DNA from: Pecten maximus
Lineage: Eukaryota
Assembly (NCBI RefSeq): GCF_902652985.1
Contig: NC_047016.1
Span: forward strand, 18,972,001 to 19,036,000
Reading direction: 5' to 3'
DNA length: 64,000 nt
A program made the position numbers and the translations under genes. Of the stretch, positions 54,777 through 64,000 are shown one piece after another. The notes under the pieces are model-generated. The model made no database searches, was not told the origin of the DNA, and saw nothing but the letters and a program-made list of their open reading frames with translations. How positions within the stretch are numbered: position 1 is the first letter of the stretch; every line of letters starts with the position of its first letter.

Positions 54777-55051
54777 CAACATCTGACATAAGTTTTCTTG
54801 GTGATGATGACATTTGTAAATGCAGCACTTCTAAATTACTGTTTTTTGTCATATTATAATTAATCAATTGACATGGATGTGTGATGTACTGTCCAGGAGA
54901 TCTTTACCAGTGTGTGTGTAGTCCTTACTGAACACACTACAGGTAATGCTGTGGTACATTCAGCACTTGGTCCTGTATCGACACACCTGTAATCATAGTC
55001 TGTGTCACATTTCAGTATAGCTGATGATGTTTATACAGTCAGTATGCGATC

Positions 55052-58000
55052 CTAGTCATTCCGGAGACCAAAACTTTGTGTTTCTATACCATCCTTGGTT
55101 ATCACATGTATTACCACACCATCACCAGTGTAAATGTCTCTCTCTGTTGCTGCAATGAAAGCATCTTTGACAAGTGCCACAGCCCGCTCCTTGGTAAGGG
55201 GCCCCTTTGGTGGGTTAGGGTTATTTCTGTGCCCAATCTGTAGACGACAACAATGGAATAAATTTAGTATGACCATAATGAAGGCAGCTAGACCTCTCTA
55301 TACTGAATATACTTTTGTATTGTATGTACAAACTTCATAGTTTAACTGATTCAGTGTGGAATATGAAGGCAAAGGGATAACCTAGTAAATAAAGTACATG
55401 TAGTCTTTACATTAAACATTAATCTATGTGTACCTGGTATATGAATTAGGCAAAATTACTGAAAACCATTTTGTTATAGTGTATACATTCATTTGACAGT
55501 ACATCATTTCTGTTACAGTATACATGGATTGAACAGCACACGGGTTACAACTAGATGGTTCCTATAACATTTGAGGCTACTCGCTACATTATGTTTTACT
55601 TCAAAACCTGACCTTTTTTGGAAATATTACTTATGCTAGCTATCGTTGTTTGCTGTATATAGAACTTAGCCTGCAATGAGAGTCACATACCGGGGTATAT
55701 ATTATGTATCAATAACAAATAAGTAACACAGGCCCAATGGGTCTCTTACTACACAATACATTTTTCACACCCTGTTATTATACTATTTATTGTTACAAGG
55801 AATGAGGAATACAGTTTTGGTGAGATATTTTTTAACATTCTATTTTCAAGTTTGTGATATTAAACTGACACAAGGTTCAATACGTATACTAACCCGATTA
55901 TCTAGATAGGGCTGCATCATAGAGCTGGCAGAGCCACCAGCACGAAATCTCTCCCTCTCATAGGATCCTACAGGGTCAAAGCTGAACACACATCCACGAC
56001 CTGCAAAACAACCCACTTGTGAATTTTCTGTGACATTAAATGAAAGTTGAAATTTTTCCAAACAACTAAAAACAAAACTACAGAAGTCTTATAACATACC
56101 ACTGAAGGTTATTGATCACTATTACCTTCATTGTCCAGGCCTGCTACTATGTTGTCTGTGTAGTAGGGGAAAAAACGCTTGTGGTACAACATGGTGGACA
56201 GCATAGCAGATATAGCTGTTGTGGACATTTTCTTGTGGTGGTCCTGTTCATAGAGCTGCCAAAAAAACAATATCCTCTATTCATAGTGTTAACATTGTGC
56301 TACTTAACAGATAAGACTAAAAACAACCAGTATTCATATAGCATCATTATTTTACAGATATGAACAAGGCATTGCAGACAATACAAATCACCTTGTACCA
56401 AGAACTAATCGCTACATTACACCTATTCATAGAAACGTATTTATAGGAACAGTGACCTCCATTAATTTTGGCCCCAGATGGATGGAATGCAAACTTGTAC
56501 AAACAAGAGGCCCATGGGGCCTGTATCGCTCACCTGGTTGGATTAGACCAAATGTCGAAATAATGTTCATATTCATTTTGTTTTATTTGTAAAACTCTAA
56601 CAATGCTATATATGATTATAGTGTGGGAATCTGAACTGCTTTAAAGATTAATGAAGTCCAGACTCTCTAAGGTCTGAAAGACCTCAAGAATTGTTTATAG
56701 AACATGCATTCATCACTTTATGACTAGTAGCGATTTAAAGGAATTATCTCTATTTCCCCCACTGGGCCCCGCCCTTTTGGCCCCTTTAGGGTCAGAGCCA
56801 CCATTTATGCAAAATCTGTTCCCCTTCCCCTAAGGATGTTTCTGACCAAATTGGGTTCAAATCCATTCATAACTTTATGACAAGTAGCGTTTCAAAGGAA
56901 TTACCTCTACTTCCCCCACTGGGCCCCGCCCTTTTGGCCCCTTTAGGATCAGAGTCACCGTTTATGCAAAATCTGTTCCCCTTCCCCCAAGGATGTTTCT
57001 GACCAAATTGGGTTCAAATCCATTCATAACTTTATGACTAGTAGAGATTTAGAGGAATTACCTCTATTTCCCATATTTGGCCCTGCCCCTTTAGCCCCTC
57101 GGAGGTCAGAATCACCATTTATGCAAAATCTGTTCCCCTTTCCCCAAGGATGTTTCTGACCAAATTGGGTTCAAATCCATTCATAATTTTATGACTAGTA
57201 GAGATTTAGAGGAATTACCTCTATTTCCCCTATTGGGCCCCGCCCCTTTGGCCCCTCGGGGGGGGGGGGGGGGGGGCAGAGTCACCATTTATGCAAAATC
57301 TCTTCCCCTTCCCCCAAGGATGTTTCTGACCAAATTGGGTTCAAATCCATTCATAACTTTATGACAAGTAGAGATTTAGAGGAATTACCTCTATTTTCCA
57401 TATTTGGCCCTGCCCCTTTGGCCCCTCGGGGGTCAGAATCACCATTTATGCAAAATCTGTTCCCCTTCCCCCAAGGATGTTTCTGACAAAATTTGGTTCA
57501 TATCGATTCATAACTTTATGACTAGTAGAGATTTAGAGGAATTACCTCTATTTCCCATATTTGGCCCTGCCCCTTTAGCCCCTCGGAGGTCAGAATCACC
57601 ATTTATGCAAAATCTGTTCCCCTTTCCCCAAGGATGTTTCTGACCAAATTGGGTTCAAATCCATTCATAACTTTATGACTAGTAGAGATTTAGAGGAATT
57701 ACCTCTATTTCCCCTATTGGGCCCCGCCCCTTTGGCCCCTCGGGGGGGGGGGGGGGGGCAGAGTCACCATTTATGCAAAATCTCTTCCCCTTCCCCCAAG
57801 GATGTTTCTGACCAAATTGGGTTCAAATCCATTCATAACTTTATGACAAGTAGAGATTTAGAGGAATTACCTCTATTTTCCATATTTGGCCCTGCCCCTT
57901 TGGCCCCTCGGGGGTCAGAATCACCATTTATGCAAAATCTGTTCCCCTTCCCCCAAGGATGTTTCTGACAAAATTTGGTTCATATCGATTCATAACTTTA

Positions 58001-61000
58001 TGACTAGTAGTGATTTAAAGGAATTACCTCTATTTCCCCTATTGGGCCCCGCCGCTTTGGCCCCTTTGGGGTCAGAGCCACCATTTATGCAAAATCTGTT
58101 CCCCTTCCCCCAAAGATATCTCTGACCAAATTGGGTTCAAATCCATTCATAACTTTATGACAAGTAGCGATTTAAAGGAATTACCTTTTTTTCCCCTATT
58201 GGGCCCCGCCCCTTTGGTCCCTTTGGGGTCAGAGCCACCATTTATGCAAAAACTTTTCCCCTTCCCCCAAGGATGTTTCTGACCAAATTGGGTTCAAATC
58301 CATTCATAACTTTATGACTAGTAGAGATTTAGAGGAATTACCTCTTATTTCCCCTATTGGGCCCCGCCGCTTTGGCCCCTCGGGGGTCAGAGCCACCATT
58401 TATGCAAAATCTCTTCTCCTTCCCCCAAGGATGTTTCTGACCAAATTGGGTTCAAATCCATTCATAACTTTATGACTAGTAGAGATTTAGAGGAATTACC
58501 TCTATTTCCCATATTTGGCCCCGTCTCTTTGGCCCCTCGGGGGTCAGAATCACCATTTATGCAAACTCTGTTCCCCTTCCCCCAAGGATGTTTCTGACCA
58601 AATTGGGTTCAAATCCATTCATAACTTTATGACTAGTAGTGATTTAAAGGAATTACCTCTATTTCCCCTATTGGGCCCCGCCCCTTTGGCCCCTCAGGGG
58701 TCAGAGTTACCATTTATGCAAAATCTGTTCCCATTCTGCCAAGGACGTTTCTGGCCAAATTTGGTCAAAATCCAATAAGAACTTTATGACTAGTAGCGAT
58801 TTGAAGCAAATGTTGACGGACGGACGGACGGACGACGGACGGACGGACGGACGACGCGCCATGGCATAAGCTCACCGGACCTTCGGTCCAGGTGAGCTAA
58901 AAATGATAGTTATATGTATATGAAGTTTCAGAACAATGAATGATTTTGGTAGAGCAAGGACGCTTATACCACAAGCACCTATTCATAGAAACGTATTTAT
59001 AGGAACAGTGACCTCCATTAATTTTGGCCCCAGATGGATGGAATGCAAACTTGTACAAAAAATGATAGTTATATGTATATGAAGTTTCAGAACAATGAAT
59101 GATTTTGGTAGAGCAAGGACGCTTATACCACAAGCCCAGAGTCATGAATTATGCAAACTTAATCTATTTCCCTGTGTATTTTAAAAATGGATTAATATTT
59201 TCAAAACTTTAGCAGTAGTGTTCATTGCTCACCTTCAATCTTGCTTTCAACACTTTTGTCAAAGTGAGAACATCTCCATAAAAGCCACATGAGGCTAGCA
59301 CTGTGTTCCCTGTCCTGTGAAAAAAAAGACTTATAAGCTTGCATTGATCAATATAACATGTTTATCAAAAACTAGGGCACTATGAACATGCTTTATAGTT
59401 AATAGTTATACTTAAATGTCAAATAAATACATCAATTTAAAACAGTCATTGCTTAATAATAGCTTTGATACCAGTGAGGCAGTGGCACAGTCTTTTAAAC
59501 ACAATACTTAGATCATAAGGATTGTTATGTGATCATGACCATTCATCGCTTGAGGTTTTTCAGAGACTGATAATAGGTTACAAACACTGTATTTAGTTAT
59601 TTTTTCAGGTGATTAGAATAAAAACACTGTATTTTAAACAGAGTTAATATAAAAACAGTATACGCATTATTCAAATTTTTACCAAAATATTGAAGTTAAG
59701 TCAATGGTCATTTAAGGATACATTACAAGTGGTACATGTGCAGAACACATTTACTCTGCTGGTATCATACAGAGTTAAGGTTCTTGATGGTCAAAAGCTA
59801 ATGTGAACCACCTCAGTATTAAGACCACCCCGCTATTAAGACTGCTTTCATTCAGACCTCCTGCCTGGTAATCTTAATAGACAGGTTTCACTGAATAAAT
59901 TGCCCACACACCCAAATGACAAACTTCCTTACAACTGAACTGTTTTAGGGAGTGTCCTGCTGTGTATAGAAAAACCTTCACTCAGTCTTGTGTCAGAGGC
60001 TATCACAGAGAAATCATCACCTGCCACAGCAAGAGTAGTACTGAAAAAAAGGAAAATATCAATAATATTACTTCAAACTAATTAAATATATCAATTTGAA
60101 GTATACAGATGCAAGATATAAGTTATCATATATTATATAAAAAAAATGTTCCTATCCCCTTCCATATGGCAGACAGTGTACATGTCATCCAGGCATGAAG
60201 AAGATGGTGACTGATGCATGGAATGATATCACTGTGTATGTGCCCCTTTGTGAGGGGGACCAACATTTCACCACTTTCATCACAACATGGGCCTAGTTGG
60301 GGGGCGGCGTTACAAGTACAATGTTGCATCTCAGGGATTTCTGGCTAGTGCGAATGTTTACAATCAGCACTTCGATGCCATCATCTCTAATTTCAAAAAT
60401 AAAGTTGAATGTGCGCATGACATCTGCATGTGGCTAACTCAATAACATCATTCTTCCAGACATGCAACTGGTTTGACCTTTGTGCATTTGATGGCATCAC
60501 CTTGAACCCCAAATATTTCCAGTTTGCTCATTATTTGACACTGCAGGTATCACAATCACTTCAACCAATATCGACCGACCCAGCTCAAAATTCTGAGTGG
60601 TAAAAAACCTGTCCCTGTGGGAGGAGATTACTTATCATTATTATAACCTGTCCCTGTGGGAGGGGATACCCTAGGTACTTATCTTTATTGTGTGTATGCT
60701 TTGCAGGCAGCAATCATCCTTTGATTGGTTGGAAATAAGCAATCTCAAAAAAGGAAGGTGTTTTTTTTTCTATACCTGTTTATATGTTATCAATGATGAC
60801 ATATATATTACACATTGCATGCATATTAAAGCACAGGAATCAGACATTTATATATGAATACCTGTAGTAAACCTAGCAGAACTGGGCTGGGATGAATGCT
60901 AGTCAGCCTAGTGGCCAAATAGATCGAATAGTATGTCAAATTGTCTGTCTAGAGACATAATGTGCGTAAAAGTGGAGAGTATAGATCACCTTACAAAGCT

Positions 61001-63936
61001 CAGGCAAGCAAGAATTTCTTTTTAGCCTAACTAGTGGTAAAATGATTGCCGTGAGATTGATTGGTTGCTAGTTCAAAGCCTGGCACAAGCAGGGTATTAT
61101 TAATTTTTCTTCCTATTACAAGGTTTATCTGGTCATAGCATTTTTCATCTCCTATCACAATTATTTTGTTTAGTCCAGATTTTCTATCATTTTCAGATTC
61201 AAATCTTATTTGGAAAAAGTAAATAATGACATCAGTATTCTCCATCACATTCATTCATAAATTTTCTTCCCAAAATGATACAAAAAGGCTCCATCTCAAA
61301 CCAGTGAGGTAAAGCCCTGGTAAATTGCTGGGCCTGCAATAGCATACTTGCCAACTTTCCCGATTTAGTCGGGAATTTCCCGATTTCAGACTCCCTGCCC
61401 CGTCTCCCGATCATATAGATAAAACATAGGGTATTCTCCCGATTTTGGAGAATATGTCTTGATAACCCCGTATGGAGCCCCTATTCATCTTGTTAGTTTC
61501 ACTTAGCCCTATGACAGGTAACGCTTGCTGGCTGGTGAAAGACATATGTGTGGGGCATTGGTCAGTTAACTGACCTGCTCACAGACCGTAACGAAATTCT
61601 GACACTTCACTGACTGCAAGGGTGACAATACCCCGATAAATAAACAATTAATTAAAACCAATTAAGCTGAGGACGTGTGGTGATTGTTTCGTAGCAGGTC
61701 GATCATGGTTGATTAAACGCTTGCAAATGGCTTCGTATACTGCCTTTGATGTCAAGCGCATAAACGACCTCTACCTCTACTTGACAGTAAACAGACATCG
61801 TAATATCTCGGACAGAAAAGTGAAAATAACACTGACAATGTTATCAACGGAATATCGAATGTGACAGATTACTTATTGAAATGTTAACTACATTTAAACA
61901 TTGGCTGATCTTTAAATAATTAGCACAAGGAAATAAATTCACAATAACGACCATTTGCCTAGTTGCCGGTAGGTAACATGTCGTTTCAATCACAGTATCA
62001 TCAGCATACTTACTTAGTATCAATTAGCAGAGACTTATTTTGGCAGAAACTTTCCCAATTCACGTTTTGAAAGACAAAAACGTGTCCACACATTTCACTT
62101 TCTTAAACTAAATACTGTCTTGTTAAAAACTAAGAATTTAAGTATCAGTCCCCACCTATAAAGCACCGAGTTGTAGGCCTATATAGTGAGTACAACTGCT
62201 AGTACAGCCCTTTTTATTTTTTTGTATCATTGTCTTTGTTTTAAACCAAAGGAAACATTTGAAATTTCATTCAGATATTATATTGTTATATTGTTGCTAG
62301 AAAGCGAGATCATTGCACATGATAATTTACATTCATTGACTGACATCTATCTTACAACATAGTTTTCATAACATATCAAAGTAAATACTTTTATTTAGAG
62401 TGAACAGTGAGTTAAATAATTTCCAGAAATAATTAAAAATGATGTAATTTTGCATCTATTTTTTTGTAACTTGTTGCTTAAATAATTATCTTTCCAAACT
62501 TGAATAAAAAAAAATCATTGGCCAAGCTTGAAATAAGTATTTTCCTCTTTTTCTTTATTTAAGTGAGGGATATAAGTGTTCATGCAAGGAATTTATTTTC
62601 CAATAGCAAATTATCTCCCCTTAGTTTTTGTTTGCTAAATGTGTCGCGCGTGAAATGTGTATTCCGGTCAAAAATGTCGCTCACGCACTTTCTCCCCCAT
62701 GAGAATTTTTAAAAGTTCGCAAGTATGCAATAGATCAATCAGCTAAAGAGAACTTCTCTTGGGTTTCCCTTTGGCTCAATCAGTTGTCTTGAGCATAAGA
62801 CTAGTAAGCCTGAGGTTCCATCCCTGGCAGAGACAGATTTGAATAAAAAATCATGTGCTCTCTAACTCTGTTACACTTGTATCTATATGTAGGGACCCAG
62901 GGAAAATGCTGTCTTGCTCCACAAACATTGCAATTACCCCTTAAAAAAACTTGAGGATGATTCTTTCCTGGCAAGGGAGTATGCAACCCTGGTAAATACT
63001 ACATTGTATTGTTTGGCTACAGAGGACTTCTCTTTTGTCGATCAGTTGACTAGCATAAGACTAGTAAGTCATAGGTCCCAGGTTTGGTCCCTAGTGGAGA
63101 TGTAACAGGAGAAGAAGATGTAGCAGCCAGACCGGGGTCCGAACATGGGACCCTCCGAACTCTAGATGGACACTCTACCACTGAGCTACCTGGTCGCCGA
63201 TGATCGACCCAGTCCAGTTCAGCTACATTCCTCCTTCCTTTTTTTTAAGTTTTCACCCCCGAAGACCACAAGTTCGGATATCCCAATAGTCAGCACACTC
63301 CCAATACTTTAAACAAGGGGAGGCAAGCTCGCCAGTAATTTAACAGGAGAAGGAGAAAATGTAGCAGCAAGGCCGGGGTTCGAACCCAGGACCCTCCGAA
63401 CTCCAGACGGACACTCTACCACTGGACTACCTGGTCGCCGATGATTGACCCAGTCCAGTTCCGCTACAGAGGCAGTGATTCAAATTTAAATAACCATACG
63501 CTTTGGTATATACATATTAAATAAACCCATAGTAATAGTATGGATATTATTAGATTGATACATGCATGTACAACTGATATTCCACATTATCTCTCCATGT
63601 CTAATGCATCTATGAATTAAGCTTGCTATCAAGTATTAAGTTAAAAATATATGATTGTACTGGACTTGAAAAGTCAGTGAGGCACAAGTAATGATCAGAA
63701 ACATTACTCCATATCAAGATATCTCTTCTGTCATAAACTAAAATTAGGGTCCAGTTTGTGAAGTGAAAAAGAAAGGGTAGGCTAGACTTCTATCTTGTTT
63801 TATATAATCCCCTAACAGATTGACAACAACCACATTATACGTACCCTCCATTTTGAGCGTATGGACTGAAGTAAACTTCTTTCGGTCTATCAGACCCATA
63901 GGTGTCTCCTATGACTGGAGTTGCAAGAACGCTCAT
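55052..63936 (-). CDS. PSMB1: Proteasome subunit beta type-1 (beta6), 234 aa
   Basis: Exons 63936-63845, 60040-59933, 59314-59233, 56255-56126, 56000-55894, 55237-55052 (705 nt, in phase). Motifs [75 protein letters not shown]. Confidence 0.96.
56504..58900 (-). mobile_element. HINE-like element family A with about 13 internal ~157-bp satellite monomers, PSMB1 intron 3
   Basis: Same termini as 13620-14593 in reverse, (GACG)n microsatellite at about 58815-58856, monomers from about 56719 to 58785. Confidence 0.92.
61343..62727. mobile_element. 1.39-kb non-autonomous TIR DNA transposon with 6-bp TSD, PSMB1 intron 1
   Basis: TIR CATACTTGCCAACTTT / AAAGTTCGCAAGTATG (15/16); CAATAG at 61337-61342 and 62728-62733; subterminal TCCCGA repeats. 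Confidence 0.88.
63101..63468 (-). mobile_element. 368-bp TRIM with tRNA-derived LTRs
   Basis: LTRs 63468-63339 and 63227-63101 (TGTAGC..TTACA) with A box TAGCTCAGTGG and B box GGTTCGAACC; PBS-like TGGCGAGCTTGCC after the 5' LTR; PPT AAAAAAGGAAGGAGGAA abutting the 3' LTR. Confidence 0.85.
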
Positions 63937-64000
63937 TCTGTCGAGTCCGTCGTGACAGTGCGAGTTTAGCCTAAACTTCGAAAAATATCACGTGGTATAC

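Noticed and set aside
57404-58778. Repeated 79-97-aa ORFs
   Set aside because: Chance translations of HINE satellite monomers; no Rep or helicase motifs.
63101-63468. tRNA genes (also 35600-35672 and 45550-45620)
   Set aside because: Only A/B boxes are retained, without a complete cloverleaf; they are embedded in SINE or LTR structures.

Overview
AT-rich, intron-rich animal genomic DNA. The repeat landscape (Helentron-type HINEs with internal satellites, a V-domain SINE, tRNA-LTR TRIMs) suggests a bivalve mollusc; this is inference. Four spliced protein-coding genes were reconstructed by hand with GT-AG junctions and consistent phases: a TRIM45-like RING/B-box/coiled-coil/filamin gene (minus, 3' end outside the window), BAG6 (minus, 22 coding exons, about 1391 aa), EDF1/MBF1 (plus, 5 coding exons, 142 aa) and PSMB1 (minus, 6 exons, 234 aa). 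About a dozen minisatellite arrays account for the long repetitive ORFs in the ORF track. The most unusual pattern is in BAG6, where exon 3' ends together with their 5' splice sites were duplicated in tandem into the following intron three independent times. One case is an array of about 46 copies of a 39-bp unit that keeps GTAAGT in every unit and has a stop/open switch just after the donor. Several other BAG6 intronic arrays also carry donor-like GTRAG motifs on the sense strand. Mobile elements include two or three miniature LTR elements with tRNA-like LTRs (one nested), HINEs with in-window empty-site copies, and CA..TG TIR elements with 5- and 6-bp target duplications.
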